Shown here: positions 1 to 10,208 of the stretch, in pieces
Layout of the letters: each line of letters starts with the position of its first letter
Position numbering within the stretch: the first letter of the stretch is position 1
From: Akkermansia muciniphila
Lineage (GTDB): Bacteria > Verrucomicrobiota > Verrucomicrobiia > Limisphaerales > SIAT01
Assembly (NCBI GenBank): GCA_945860945.1
Contig: CAMASG010000003.1
Coordinates: 624 to 64,623, forward strand
Length of the DNA stretch: 64,000 nucleotides
Direction of reading: 5' to 3'
Program-made: the position numbers and the translations under genes
The notes under the pieces: model-generated
What the model was told of the DNA's origin: nothing
What the model saw: only the letters and a program-made list of their open reading frames with translations
Database searches by the model: none

Positions 1-765
1 ATCCAGGCACATGCCGAAAGGATTCACCTGTCCCCACGTGTGCTGCTCCACGCGCGAGCCGTCGCGGCGGAAGCGATACGTGTTGCCCGAGTTCAACGTG
101 ATGGTCGAGCCGTCCTTCGCATTGAAGGTCGAGGTGTTGTTGAAACCATGCGTCGCGTAAATCCAGCCATCGAAGCCGCGCCGGAAGCTCGCTTGGTTGC
201 CGTGCGTGTCTTTTTCAAAACCGAGCGGTCCAAAAAGCACCTCGCGCTTGTCGGACTTGCCGTCGCCGTCGGTGTCTTCCATCAACCAGATATTCGGGAT
301 GCTCCAGAAAACACACTTCCACGTCTGCGCAGGCTTGAGTCCGCGCGCGGCCGCATTGGTGAGCGATGACGGCGAGAGGAACGGATGCAGGCCGATGGGA
401 ATGTTGAGGCCCTCAGCGAAAATCTCCATCTTGCCCGCGCGACCTGTCTGCGCATCGAACTCCGAAAAGACGCGCACACTGTCACGCGCAGGCTCGCCCA
501 GCTTGGCGGCGAAAGGATACTCGCGCGACTCGGTGACCCACAGCCGGCCGGCGGCATCGAAGGCCATGTTCATCGGCTTGCGCAACTCTGGTTCGGCGGC
601 GATGAGCTGAATCTCAAACCCCGGCGGCAGCTTGAAGGTCTTCTGCTGCTCCGTCGGCGCGAGCGGCTCCGTCGTGCGCACGCCCGTGGCGAACGGATCG
701 GCAGCGAAGGCGTGGAGCGCGCAGGCAGCGAAGGCGGTGACGGCGAAGAAGTGTCGCGGGTTCAT
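1..765 (-). CDS. N-terminal part of a PVC-type putative membrane-bound dehydrogenase-domain protein (3' end lies beyond the window start)
   Basis: Absent from the ORF track because it runs off the left edge. Reading the reverse complement from ATG at 765-763 gives MNPRHFFAVTAFAACALHAFAADPFATG...TFKLPPGFEIQLIAAEPELRKPMNMAFDAAGRLWVTESREYP. That is a signal peptide plus the FxLPxGFxI..AxEP...GRLWV signature of this Planctomycetes/Verrucomicrobia domain. The frame stays open to position 1. Confidence 0.6.
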   Translation of the reverse strand, partial: MNPRHFFAVTAFAACALHAFAADPFATGVRTTEPLAPTEQQKTFKLPPGFEIQLIAAEPELRKPMNMAFDAAGRLWVTESREYPFAAKLGEPARDSVRVFSEFDAQTGRAGKMEIFAEGLNIPIGLHPFLSPSSLTNAAARGLKPAQTWKCVFWSIPNIWLMEDTDGDGKSDKREVLFGPLGFEKDTHGNQASFRRGFDGWIYATHGFNNTSTFNAKDGSTITLNSGNTYRFRRDGSRVEQHTWGQVNPFGMCLD

Positions 766-1087
766 TCTGCGTAGGAGAATAAAGACCCGTCACGCGACGA
801 CAAGGGGAAACAGCCGCAATCCTTTCGTCGCAACACCACGCCGAGCACGATTCGTTGAACGAAAGGGTTGAGCGGGGCGCGGCCGCAGGTTTGAAGTCAG
901 GATTCGTCCTCAAACCAACACGTCCATCTGTGGGTGCACTCCCAAACGCGCGCCACTATATCTAGTGGAGTCAGCCGGTTTTCGGGATTGACATGATTGG
1001 TAAGAATTGGTTCGATGAATGCAATTCGCGTGACCTTTTATCCAAGCCGCAGTGGCCGGTTGGGGCGCGTTGTGGAGAAAACAACCT

Positions 1088-2887
1088 ATGATTAGTGGAA
1101 TTAGCAACGAAGGGAGCGTCCCAAACGCCAAGCGCCTGTTGTGGGCGGGATTCATGGCGATTTTGGCCGCCGGTGTCGGCTTCGCCATCCGCGGCGGTAT
1201 CTTTGACAACTGGAGCAGGGAGTTCGGCTTCACCGGTGCGCAGCTCGGCGCGATTGGTGGCGCGGGTTTCACCGGCTTCTGCTTCGGCATCATCCTTGGC
1301 GGCTTGGTGGCCGACAAAATCGGCTACGGCAAGCTGATTATCGCGGCCTTCACGCTGCACATCCTGTCGGCGATCGTTACGTTCGCCGCTGTTCCGGGCG
1401 ACGGCGGTGCGATGGCCCAAGCGGCCGCCTATCAGTGCCTCGTCATTGGCATGTTCATCTTCGCCTTTGCCAACGGCGCATTGGAAGCGGTGGCGAATCC
1501 GTTGATCGCGACAATCTTCCCGAACAACCGCACGCATTATCTGAACATCCTCCACGCCTCTTGGCCTGCCGGCATGATCCTCGGCGCGTTCGCCGGCTGG
1601 TATTTGGACGACAAGATGGAGATCCACTGGAAGTATCAGCTCGCCCTCTATCTCATCCCGACTGTCGCTTACGGCCTGATGTTCCTCGGCCAGAAAATGC
1701 CGAAGAGCGAAGCCTCCGAGAAGGGTCTCGGCATCGGTGAGATGTTCAAGGACGTCGGCATCCTCGGTGCTCTCGTCGTCTGTTACCTGCTCGCGCTTTT
1801 CTCCAACAGCATCCTCGGCTTCGACATGCCGACATCCTACACCATCTCGGTCGTCCTGCTGCTCGCCGTCGGGTTTCTCACCCGTGCGCGCACGCAAGTG
1901 CCGATTGAATCGCTGGGCGCACTGGCCATCTGCACGCTCATCGCTGCTTACTTGCAGCAAGCGCTCGGGCTGCCCAAAGGCTCCACGCTCGTCATCGGCG
2001 GCGCGCTCCTCATCGGGCTCGGCAGCGTGCTTCGCTTCTCCATCGGCTCCGTCCTCCTCTTCATGCTCTTCCTCGCGCACGCGATGGTCGGCGCTGTCGA
2101 GCTCGGCACGGACGGCTGGATCCAGAACATCACCGGCAACCTCTTCAGTTCCGAGCAGGGCAAGTATCTCTTCCTCTGGACCTCGGCGATCATGTTCGGC
2201 CTCCGGTTCTGCGCCGATTTCATCGAGAAGAAACTCAACTTCTCGCCCGTCGCGTTGCTCTTCACGTGCGCGGTCTTGGCAGCAGTCGGACTGCAAATGG
2301 CCTCCGGCATGCAGACCTTCGGCGCTGCGTTGGTGGCCTTGGGCATCTACGCCGTCGGCAAGACGTTCTTCTGGCCGACCATGCTCGCGGTCGCCTCGGA
2401 TCGTTTCCCGCAGACCGGCGCCGTGGCCATTTCCATCATGGGCGGCATCGGCATGCTCTCGGCCGGCTTGATCGGCTCGTCGGGTCTCGGTTACGCGAAG
2501 GACCGCTTCTCCGGTGAAGCCCTGCAACAGGCCGATGCCAAGCTCTACACGGAGTACAAAGCCGCGGCCCCGAGCAAGTTCCTCATCTTCGCCGAGGCCA
2601 ACGGCCTGGATGGAAAGAAGCTTGGCGAAGTCAGCGGCAAGCTCGACAAGGAGCGCAAGGAGATCGAGAAAGCCGGCGGCGACATCACCAAAGCCATCGA
2701 GAAACTCACGCCGGACGAGAAGACGGTCCATACCGCCGGAATCGCTGGCGACCGCAAGACACTCAAGGCCGACTCGGCCATCCCCGTGGGCATGGCGGTC
2801 ATCTACCTGCTGCTGATGCTCTACTTCCGCAGCATCGGCGGCTACAAGGCCGTGCACATCACGGGCGGGTCTGAGCCGAAGCACTAA
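1088..2887 (+). CDS. MFS-type transporter with a hydrophilic C-terminal extension and an extra terminal helix
   Basis: ORF 1052..2887; I prefer the ATG at 1088 (MISGISNEG...). It has multiple hydrophobic helices and an MFS motif-A-like [13 protein letters not shown] hydrophilic segment of about 110 aa ([13 protein letters not shown]...DEKTVHTAG) precedes a last helix. A hairpin terminator follows. Confidence 0.75.
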   Translation: MISGISNEGSVPNAKRLLWAGFMAILAAGVGFAIRGGIFDNWSREFGFTGAQLGAIGGAGFTGFCFGIILGGLVADKIGYGKLIIAAFTLHILSAIVTFAAVPGDGGAMAQAAAYQCLVIGMFIFAFANGALEAVANPLIATIFPNNRTHYLNILHASWPAGMILGAFAGWYLDDKMEIHWKYQLALYLIPTVAYGLMFLGQKMPKSEASEKGLGIGEMFKDVGILGALVVCYLLALFSNSILGFDMPTSYTISVVLLLAVGFLTRARTQVPIESLGALAICTLIAAYLQQALGLPKGSTLVIGGALLIGLGSVLRFSIGSVLLFMLFLAHAMVGAVELGTDGWIQNITGNLFSSEQGKYLFLWTSAIMFGLRFCADFIEKKLNFSPVALLFTCAVLAAVGLQMASGMQTFGAALVALGIYAVGKTFFWPTMLAVASDRFPQTGAVAISIMGGIGMLSAGLIGSSGLGYAKDRFSGEALQQADAKLYTEYKAAAPSKFLIFAEANGLDGKKLGEVSGKLDKERKEIEKAGGDITKAIEKLTPDEKTVHTAGIAGDRKTLKADSAIPVGMAVIYLLLMLYFRSIGGYKAVHITGGSEPKH

Positions 2888-2915
2888 ACTGCTTCCAAGA
2901 AACACTTCCGCAAAA

Positions 2916-2941
2916 GGCGGCCCGCAAGGGTCGCCTTTTTT
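2916..2941 (+). terminator. Rho-independent terminator after the MFS gene
   Basis: GGCGGCCC-GCAA-GGGTCGCC forms an 8-bp stem with one G-U pair and a GNRA loop, followed by TTTTTT. Confidence 0.6.
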
Positions 2942-3050
2942 GCTGCCCGCTGGGAGAGAGAGGTGATGGGGCTTGGGGCTTCGCTTACTTGAAGCTCAAG
3001 ACCGGTTTCTCGTGTGGAAGGGCCGGTCTAGTTGAGTAATAGATAGAGAG

Positions 3051-3620
3051 CTATTTCTTGCTATTCATTCTCGCCTCTGATTGAGCGCGAAAGGAATCTA
3101 CAAGCGTCTCATCCTTAAAGTCTCCCTCTGAACGATTATGATACAGATAAATATGAGTAGCTTCGTGAACTGGAACAGAGATATACCAAAGGCTTGCCGT
3201 CTTTACGTCAATATTATCTAGATGCCTGTTATTATAAGCGAATTTGAAATCGCTGCATCCCGTACTAGCGATGCGGAATTGGTCGTCAGAGTAATAGTCG
3301 TTCACCTCCTTCACGTTCGCTTTGACGTAAGCCCATCCTTGCGGGTCTTGCTTCTTCAACAGCTTGAACAGCCCGACAATCTTCTCTCCGCGAGCTTTGG
3401 TGCTGGTAACAATCTGGATGCCATCGAAAGACAACTCGCTCTTAACTACTGCCGGAGCCTTCGCCGCAGTGACGGTAGAGACACGAAGCGCGGTACGGGA
3501 GTTCTTCTTTACAATCTGACCCTGCACCACAGCAGACTTCTTCTGAAGGTTCGTGAGGTACGCGCTCTTCACATCCGCGTGAGCCATACCCGCCAGCAAA
3601 AAGATAATTAAGTATTTCAT
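3051..3620 (-). CDS. secreted hypothetical protein with an HEATH (HExxH-type) motif, in a low-GC islet
   Basis: 189-aa ORF with signal peptide MKYLIIFLLAGMAHA|D. The C-terminal part contains VPVHEATHIYLYH. Codon and GC usage is visibly AT-richer than in the flanking genes. Confidence 0.6.
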   Translation of the reverse strand: MKYLIIFLLAGMAHADVKSAYLTNLQKKSAVVQGQIVKKNSRTALRVSTVTAAKAPAVVKSELSFDGIQIVTSTKARGEKIVGLFKLLKKQDPQGWAYVKANVKEVNDYYSDDQFRIASTGCSDFKFAYNNRHLDNIDVKTASLWYISVPVHEATHIYLYHNRSEGDFKDETLVDSFRAQSEARMNSKK

Positions 3621-4124
3621 ATTTTTAGTTGGTGTCGGGCTTCTCCGCTACGATGGAGCCGAACCCGAAGTGGTGAGAGTATGACTGGTTGATTATTGTC
3701 TACCGTCGTCGAGCATCTCTGTTGGGTCAAGGGGGAGGTTCTCGTATTCCTCAATCTCCACCTGTGCGCTTGAACTGTTTATGCTTGTTACCCTTGCGGG
3801 TGCGTCTACTGGCGGCTAATTCGCCCTCGCTTCCCTACGCCTATCATCGCTAGTTCGGGCGGTTTCTTTCACCGGACGTCAGGTTATTTCATCGGCAATG
3901 GAGCCAACTTCTCCGATTCGCGCCTTTCCGACGGTGTTTTGGCTGTTTCCTCTAAAAACTCGTCCTTTGACTCGGGAGTCAAACGCTCTAACTCACGAGT
4001 CAGACGACCAAACTCTCCAGTGAAACGTCCTGACTCGCGGGTGAAAGGTCGAAATTCCTGGGTCAAAAGGCGAAACAGGAGACAAAACGGCTCAGTTTGA
4101 GGGGGGAGCGAGGCTGGGGTTGGA

Positions 4125-4640
4125 TTAACTGCTGCGCGGGGCGGTTTTTGAGCTGGGGATGGATTCTTCGGCGGCGTCGCGGCAGGCGTCGGCCATGAGG
4201 GAGAGGTGTTCGAGGAACCGTTCGCGGTCTTGCTCGGGGAGTACGGTGAGGATTTGCGATTGGAGCGTCACGGCGAGGGCGCGCAGTTCGGTGTATTTCC
4301 GGCGGCCGGCGGGCAGGAGGATCACGCGGCGCGCGCGTCGGTCGGTTTCATGGGGGCGGCGTTCCACCCAGCCGGCTTTCTCCATCCGTTCGAGGAGGGA
4401 GGTGACGGTGTTCGGGTCGCTGCTCATCAGGCGGGAGAGTTCGCCTTGGGTGAGTCCGGCGCGGTCGCCTTCGCGCAGGCAGCGGAGGGCGGTGAACTGG
4501 TCCGGCGTGGCGCCGGTGCGGGCGATGCGGCGGCGGAAGGCTTGGTTCAATCCATACCACGCGCGGCGCAGCAGGGGCGGCAGGCGGCGGCGGTCCGGCG
4601 CGTCAATCGGCAGCTCGGCTTTGGTTGAATGTGCGGGCAT
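4125..4640 (-). CDS. MarR-family transcriptional regulator
   Basis: 171 aa. The winged-helix region GLTQGELSRLMSSDPNTVTSLLERMEKAGWVERRPHETDRRARRVILLPAGR is a typical MarR signature. The gene is divergent from the downstream operon. Confidence 0.85.
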   Translation of the reverse strand: MPAHSTKAELPIDAPDRRRLPPLLRRAWYGLNQAFRRRIARTGATPDQFTALRCLREGDRAGLTQGELSRLMSSDPNTVTSLLERMEKAGWVERRPHETDRRARRVILLPAGRRKYTELRALAVTLQSQILTVLPEQDRERFLEHLSLMADACRDAAEESIPSSKTAPRSS

Positions 4641-4802
4641 GAGGGTGAGTCAACAGTCTTGCTAAATCATACGAGTGCGTATTATTTGGTTGCAAACCTT
4701 TTCTCACTGGCGAAAACTTTGCGCCGGTCTGCGAGCAACTTGGGGTTTTCCGCGCGCGGCCGGCCTGCTAAGACAGAGAGACAACAATCTCAAAGAGACA
4801 CG

Positions 4803-7127
4803 ATGAAACGCTCATTCCTCCGCGGCCTGCTCACCGTCACGCTGCTCGTCGCCACTCAACTTCCCGCCGCGCCTGCGAAGGGCTGGCTCTCGTGGCGCGG
4901 CCCGAACCAGAACGGTTCCTCCAACGAGAAGGGGCTGCCCTCCACGCTGGATCCGAAGGCGGCGTTGTGGACGGCGGATTTCCCCGGTCAATCCACGCCG
5001 GTGATTGCGGATGGCAAACTCTACATCGTCGGCTATCTCGGCGAGGGCGCGGAGCTGCAGGAGGGCGTGGCGTGCTTCGACGCGGAGACGGGCCGGAAGC
5101 TTTGGCAGCGGCTCGACAGCGATTATCTGAGCGACGTGATTTACAACCGTTACGCGACCTCGAGCCCAGTGATCGATCCCGAGACGGGCAACGTGTATGT
5201 GCAAGGAACGCAGGGGTTGCTGGGCGCGTTCACGCCGGACGGCAAGACGGTCTGGCAACATTCGCTGATGGAATCGCTCGGGCGCCTCACCTTCCCGAAC
5301 GGCCGCACGGCATCGCCGGCGGTGGATGGCGACCTGCTCATCACGCGCGGCATCATGGCGAACTGGGGCGCGCAAGGTCCGGCGGCGGATCGTTTCTACG
5401 CGTTCGATAAGAAGACGGGTCAACTGGTCTGGTCCTCGACGCCCGGCGACCGGCCGAAGGATAACTCCTATTCGTATCCGCATTTCATGTTCCTCAACGG
5501 CCGGCGCGTGTTCGTCGCCGCCAATGGCGACGGCAGCGTGACCGGCGCGAACGCGCGCACGGGCGAACCGCTCTGGCGCATCCCGCTCTTCCGCGCCGGC
5601 ATCAACGCGACCACCGTCGTCCACAACAACGACAAGATCATCGCTGTTTTCGGCACGCCGTATGAGCCCGGTCAGATGGTGGCGATGAAGCTCCCGACCG
5701 TCGTCCCGACCAGCGCGACGAACGCGCCGGTGGTGGTCGAGCGCGCCACGGTCGAGCTGTGGAGCAACGAGCTTTCGACCTCGGCGAGCCATCCGATTCT
5801 CGTCGGCGACCGGCTTTATCTCGTGGTGGAGAAGGGCGACCTCGCCTGCGTGGACGTGAACAACGGCAAGGTGCTTTGGAAGCTCAAGCTCGGCATCGAG
5901 CAGCGCAACGCCTCCCTCGTCGCCGCGGACGGAAAGCTTTACGTGCCGATTCTCGACAACCCCGCGGGCGGCAAAGTCGAGTCGGGCAGCGAGACCGGCA
6001 CGAAGGGCGGCTTCTACGTCATTCAGCCCAGCGATAAGGAAGGCAAGATTCTCTCGCACGTGGAGCTGGACGGGCGTTGCTACGGCACGCCCGTCGCCTA
6101 CAACGGTAAGGTGTATGTGCAGACCACGAAGAAGATTTATTGCTTCGGCACGAAAGGGAACAACCCCGGACTCGCCACTGTCACGCCCGAGAAATGGCCC
6201 GCCGCCGGCAAGCCCGCGCAGTTGCAAATGATCCCGAGCGAGGTGCTGATCAAGCCGGGTGAGAAGGCCGAGTTCCGCGTGCGTCTGCTCGATGCGAATG
6301 GCTTCACCGTCGGTGATGTGAAGGATCCGCAGGCTGTGAAATGGGCGAGCTACATCCCGCCCACGGCGAGGGTGCGCGCGACGATGAAGGGCGCGTTCAA
6401 CGATGAAGGCCAGCTCGTCGCCGCTATGGATCTCACGCCGAGCGCCGGGGCATTCATGGCGACGTATCAGGGTCTCACCGGCGTGATTCGCGGCCGCGTG
6501 TTGCCGGGTCTGCCGTTGAAGCAGGACTTCGAATCGTTCCAGATTACTGAGAAGCACGAGACCGAACCGGACACGCTGTTCGCGTATCCGCCGCTGCCGT
6601 GGATTGGCGCGCGGTTCAAGTTCGAGGTGCGCGAGAAAGACGGCAGCAAGGTGCTGGCGAAGACGATCGACAACAAATTCTTCCAGCGCGGATCGGTCTT
6701 CCTCGGCGAATCGACGATGAAGAGTTACACCGTGATGGTGGACGTGATGACCGACGGTAATCGGCGCAAGATGAGCGACGTCGGTGTCATCAACCAGCGC
6801 TACTACATCGTCCTCAAAGGCAACGAGCAGAAGCTCGAGATCAACTCGAACCAAGAACGCCTGCGCGTGCCGGCGGCCGATGAGCCGAGCAATTTCAAGT
6901 GGGCGCCCGCGACGTGGTATCGCCTCAAGAGCCGCGTGGATGTGAAGCCCGACGGCTCCGGCGTGGTCCGCGCGAAGGCGTGGAAACGCGACGAGTCCGA
7001 GCCGACCGCATGGACGCTCGAGGTGCCTGTGAAGCACGCGCACGCGGCGGGTTCGCCCGGCCTGTACGGCTTCGCGCCGCAGGAGATGCGCGTGTACATC
7101 GACAACATTCTCGTGACGCCGAACTGA
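4803..7127 (+). CDS. secreted PQQ-like beta-propeller repeat protein with an Ig-like segment and a C-terminal jelly-roll (LamG/DUF1080-like) domain
   Basis: ORF 4629..7127; the likely start is ATG 4803 (MKRSFLRGLLTVTLLVATQLPAAPA, a signal peptide). It has repeated W-x-x-x-x-G...(V/I)xxGxLY(V/I) propeller blades (WLSWRGPNQNGSS, DGKLYIVGY, GKVLWKLKLG, DGKLYVP, NGKVYVQ). An Ig-like stretch reads LIKPGEKAEFRVRLLDANG. The C-terminus ends ...SPGLYGFAPQEMRVYIDNILVTPN. Confidence 0.75.
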   Translation: MKRSFLRGLLTVTLLVATQLPAAPAKGWLSWRGPNQNGSSNEKGLPSTLDPKAALWTADFPGQSTPVIADGKLYIVGYLGEGAELQEGVACFDAETGRKLWQRLDSDYLSDVIYNRYATSSPVIDPETGNVYVQGTQGLLGAFTPDGKTVWQHSLMESLGRLTFPNGRTASPAVDGDLLITRGIMANWGAQGPAADRFYAFDKKTGQLVWSSTPGDRPKDNSYSYPHFMFLNGRRVFVAANGDGSVTGANARTGEPLWRIPLFRAGINATTVVHNNDKIIAVFGTPYEPGQMVAMKLPTVVPTSATNAPVVVERATVELWSNELSTSASHPILVGDRLYLVVEKGDLACVDVNNGKVLWKLKLGIEQRNASLVAADGKLYVPILDNPAGGKVESGSETGTKGGFYVIQPSDKEGKILSHVELDGRCYGTPVAYNGKVYVQTTKKIYCFGTKGNNPGLATVTPEKWPAAGKPAQLQMIPSEVLIKPGEKAEFRVRLLDANGFTVGDVKDPQAVKWASYIPPTARVRATMKGAFNDEGQLVAAMDLTPSAGAFMATYQGLTGVIRGRVLPGLPLKQDFESFQITEKHETEPDTLFAYPPLPWIGARFKFEVREKDGSKVLAKTIDNKFFQRGSVFLGESTMKSYTVMVDVMTDGNRRKMSDVGVINQRYYIVLKGNEQKLEINSNQERLRVPAADEPSNFKWAPATWYRLKSRVDVKPDGSGVVRAKAWKRDESEPTAWTLEVPVKHAHAAGSPGLYGFAPQEMRVYIDNILVTPN

Positions 7128-7150
7128 TCCAACCCAACCACCGAATTCTT

Positions 7151-8737
7151 ATGAACACGAACAACTCGCTCTTCGCCGCCGCGCTCGCGCTGGCGTTCGC
7201 ATCTACTGCCATCGCGCAGGATTGGCCGCAGTGGGGCGGCAACGATCCCGGCCGCAATATGTATTCGCCCGCGAAGGGTCTGCCCGACCGTTTCGAGCCG
7301 GGCAAGCTCAAGCGCGGCACCGAAGAGGTGGACCTCGCCACGACGAAGAACGTGAAGTGGGTCAGCAAGCTCGGCTCGCAGAGCTACGGCAACGTGACCA
7401 TCGCGAACGGCCGCGTGTACATCGGCACGAACAATGATTCGCCGCGCGACAAGGCGCATCAGGGCGACCGCTCCATCTTGATGTGCCTCGATGAGAAGAC
7501 CGGCGCGCTCCTCTGGCAGCTCGTCGTGCCGAAGCTCAAGTCCGGCAAAGTGAACGACTGGGAATCGCTCGGCCTGCTCGCTTCGCCGACCATTGAAGGC
7601 AACCGCGTGTATGTCGTCACCAGCCGTTGCGAAGTGCTTTGCCTCGATGTCGAAGGCATGACGAACGGCAACGATGGTTACAAAGACGAGGGCAAATACA
7701 TGGTGCTCGATGTCGTCGGCAAGGACGGCAAAGCGGTGCCGGCGGTCACGCCCGGCCCGAAGGACGCGGACATCATCTGGCGCTACGACATGATGGATGA
7801 GCTCGGCGTTTTCCCGCACAACGCTTCCAACAGCTCCGTGCTCATCGTGGGCGACACGCTGTACGTCTGCACTTCCAACGGACAGGACTGGACGCACTCG
7901 AACATTCCTTCGCCGAACTCGCCGAGCTTCGTCGCGTTGAACAAAAAGACCGGTAAGCTCGAGGGCGAGGACGACGCGGAAATCAGCAAGCGCATCTATC
8001 ACGGCCAGTGGAGTTCGCCCTCCACCGGCAAGGTGAACGGCAAGTCGCTCGTCTTCTTCGGTGGCGGCGACGGATGGTGCTACGCTTTCGATTCCGTGCC
8101 GAAGAAGGAAGGCGACTCGGCTTTCCTCAAGACGGTCTGGAAGTTCGATTGCAACCCGCCTGAGTACAAGAAGGACAAAGAGGGCAAGACGATCAAGTAT
8201 CCCGCCGCCGAAGGTCCGAGCGAAGTAAACGGCACGCCGGTCTTCTACAAGAACCGCGTGTACATCGCGACCGGTCAGGACCCCGAGCACGGCGAAGGCA
8301 TCGGCCGGCTCGTTTGCTTGGATGCCACCAAGACCGGCGACGTCACCAAGACCGCGCTCAAATGGGAATACCGCGGCATCAAGCGGAGCATCTCGACGGT
8401 CTCGATTGATCCGGCGACGGGCTTGCTCTTCGTCGGTGACTTCTCCGGCTTCGTCCATTGTCTCGATGCCGAGACCGGCAAACTCTACTGGGTGCACGAT
8501 ATGAAGGCGCACATGTGGAGCTCCACACTCGTGGCGGACGGCAAGGTGTATGTCGGTGACGAGGACGGTGATTTCGTGGTGCTCGCGGCGACGAAGGAGA
8601 AGAAGGTGTTGAGCGAGACGAATCTCGGCGCACCCGTTTACTCCACGCCTGTCGTGGCGAATGGCGTCATCTACATCGCCAGCAACACCCATCTCTTCGC
8701 GTTGCATGATGCCGCACGCGCGACCATCAAGCCGTAA
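7151..8737 (+). CDS. secreted PQQ-like beta-propeller repeat protein
   Basis: ORF 6899..8737; the likely start is ATG 7151 (MNTNNSLFAAALALAFASTAIAQDWPQWGGN, a signal peptide). It has repeated propeller-blade motifs (NGRVYIGT, GALLWQLVVP, GNRVYVVT, GDTLYVCT, NRVYIATG, GKLYWVHD, DGKVYVGD, NGVIYIAS). Confidence 0.8.
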   Translation: MNTNNSLFAAALALAFASTAIAQDWPQWGGNDPGRNMYSPAKGLPDRFEPGKLKRGTEEVDLATTKNVKWVSKLGSQSYGNVTIANGRVYIGTNNDSPRDKAHQGDRSILMCLDEKTGALLWQLVVPKLKSGKVNDWESLGLLASPTIEGNRVYVVTSRCEVLCLDVEGMTNGNDGYKDEGKYMVLDVVGKDGKAVPAVTPGPKDADIIWRYDMMDELGVFPHNASNSSVLIVGDTLYVCTSNGQDWTHSNIPSPNSPSFVALNKKTGKLEGEDDAEISKRIYHGQWSSPSTGKVNGKSLVFFGGGDGWCYAFDSVPKKEGDSAFLKTVWKFDCNPPEYKKDKEGKTIKYPAAEGPSEVNGTPVFYKNRVYIATGQDPEHGEGIGRLVCLDATKTGDVTKTALKWEYRGIKRSISTVSIDPATGLLFVGDFSGFVHCLDAETGKLYWVHDMKAHMWSSTLVADGKVYVGDEDGDFVVLAATKEKKVLSETNLGAPVYSTPVVANGVIYIASNTHLFALHDAARATIKP

Positions 8738-8808
8738 TCCAACATCCAATCCAACCTGTGACGCGGCCGTTTCCGTGTCGCGACACCCTGTTTTAACGAA
8801 CCAAATTT

Positions 8809-9888
8809 ATGTCCCTCAAATATCCCGCAAACCCCGCCGCCGCGCAGGCTGAACTCGACGCGCACGCGGTCGAGATGGTCAAGTGGCACTTCAGCCCCGA
8901 GACCGGCACGCCCTTCTGGCTCGACTGGGCGAAGAAGAACTTCGACCCGCGCACCGAGGTGAAGTGCTTCGCCGACATCATCACCAAGTTCCCGCATTTC
9001 CAGGATGAATGGCTGCGCGACCTGCAGCCCGAGGTCTGGGTGCCGGCCGCTTTCAAGGGACAGCCGTTCAACATTTTTGAGACCGGCGGCACGACCGGCA
9101 TGCCGAAGCAACGCATCGGCTGGAACGATTACAAGGTGGACTACAGCGAGTTTGCCGAGAAGATTTCCGACGAGCATTTTCCGCGGGATCATTACTGGCT
9201 GATGATGGGCCCGACCGGTCCGCGCCGCCTGCGCCTCGCCATTGAGCATCTCGCGAACGTCCGCGGCTGCGCCTGCTACTTCATCGATCTCGATCCGCGC
9301 TTCGTGAAAAAGGTCATCTCGAACAAGCAGTTCGACGTCGCCCGCGCCTACATGGATCACGTCGTGGACCAAGCCGTCATGCTGCTCAAGAACCGCAAGA
9401 TCAGCGGCCTCTTCACCACGCCGAAGCTGCTCGAGGCCCTCGCCGAGAAGGTGAACATCCACGAGGCCGGCATCCGCGGCGTCTTCTGCGGCGGCACCAC
9501 GATGACCCCGCAGTATGTCCGCTTCATCGTTGAGGAAGTGCTCGAGGGCAAGATTGGTTTCTATCCGACCTACGGCAACACGCTCATGGGTCTCGCCGCG
9601 AGCGTCCCGATCAAGCCGGAGGATAATTTCTCCATCACCTATTACTCGCCGCAGCCGCGCGCCGTGCTCCGCGTCGTGAAGCCGAACCAGACCGACACGC
9701 TCGTGAACCACGACGAATGGGGCCGTGTGGAGCTTACCACGCTCACGAAGGAATTCTTCATGCCGCGATTCCTTGAACGCGACGAGGCCCTCCGCCGCTC
9801 CGCCCGCGCGCCGTATCAGTGGGACGGCGTCGGCGACGTGCGCCCCTTCGGCGCGATGGAAAAGAACATCGTCGAAGGCGTGTACTAA
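8809..9888 (+). CDS. short ANL-superfamily adenylate-forming enzyme (PaaK / coenzyme F390 synthetase / LuxE-like size class)
   Basis: 359 aa. FETGGTTGMPK matches the (S/T)GGTTGxPK adenylation motif and PTYGNTLMG matches the YGxTE-type motif. It has no recognisable carrier or condensation domain. Confidence 0.7.
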   Translation: MSLKYPANPAAAQAELDAHAVEMVKWHFSPETGTPFWLDWAKKNFDPRTEVKCFADIITKFPHFQDEWLRDLQPEVWVPAAFKGQPFNIFETGGTTGMPKQRIGWNDYKVDYSEFAEKISDEHFPRDHYWLMMGPTGPRRLRLAIEHLANVRGCACYFIDLDPRFVKKVISNKQFDVARAYMDHVVDQAVMLLKNRKISGLFTTPKLLEALAEKVNIHEAGIRGVFCGGTTMTPQYVRFIVEEVLEGKIGFYPTYGNTLMGLAASVPIKPEDNFSITYYSPQPRAVLRVVKPNQTDTLVNHDEWGRVELTTLTKEFFMPRFLERDEALRRSARAPYQWDGVGDVRPFGAMEKNIVEGVY

Positions 9889-9900
9889 GCCGCGCCCCTG

Positions 9901-10203
9901 ATGAACAAGAGAGCTGTTGGCGTATTGTTCGGCCTGTTGGTGGCGGGCTTGTTGCTCGCTGGCTGCGCGCCATCCAATTGCACGCCTTCTAAATCCAAAG
10001 GGCCGGTTCTCGAGGGCGATATTCAGCTCTGCTTGCTTTGGGAGAGGCCGGTGCCGAGGCAGGGCGAGATTGGCAGTTCCGGTTCCACGACATTCACCTC
10101 GGGCCGCATCCAGATTTATGAGCACTTCATCTGCGTGGTTGAAACCAAGGGGATGAAGCACGTCGCGCCGCATGATTCGTTTTCAAACGTCCATTTCAAG
10201 TAA
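9901..10203 (+). CDS. small lipoprotein of unknown function
   Basis: 100 aa. MNKRAVGVLFGLLVAGLLLAGC carries a lipobox (LLAGC). The gene is wedged 12 nt after the adenylating enzyme and 5 nt before the ALDH-fold gene. Confidence 0.6.
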   Translation: MNKRAVGVLFGLLVAGLLLAGCAPSNCTPSKSKGPVLEGDIQLCLLWERPVPRQGEIGSSGSTTFTSGRIQIYEHFICVVETKGMKHVAPHDSFSNVHFK

Positions 10204-10208
10204 TCACC

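Noticed and set aside
971-2905. 644-aa minus-strand ORF covering the whole MFS gene
   Set aside because: This is an antisense shadow ORF typical of GC-rich DNA. Its translation is dominated by R/E/D/G/A/H runs (…[37 protein letters not shown]…), whereas the plus-strand frame gives a coherent polytopic transporter.
3884-4066. 60-aa ORF (MTQEFRPFTRESGRFTGEFGRLTRELERLTPESKDEF…) in the low-GC islet
   Set aside because: Its quasi-repetitive peptide simply mirrors DNA-level repeats of GAGTCA(A/G)ACG-type motifs. These form hairpins (for example 3968-3985, and 3996-4006 pairing with 4026-4037) just downstream of the marR stop. Terminator or structural RNA elements are more likely than a gene. I found no start context or family support.
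4641-4802. Possible MarR operator (GGTT-GCA-AACC at about 4691-4701) in the marR/propeller spacer
   Set aside because: It is only a 4+3+4 palindrome, which is too short to separate from chance. I kept it as a note rather than a feature.
4812-8749. 743-aa and 648-aa minus-strand ORFs (4812-7043 and 6803-8749) opposite the two beta-propeller genes
   Set aside because: Shadow ORFs with Arg/Ala/Gly/His-rich nonsense composition and no motifs. The plus-strand frames carry signal peptides and regular propeller blades.
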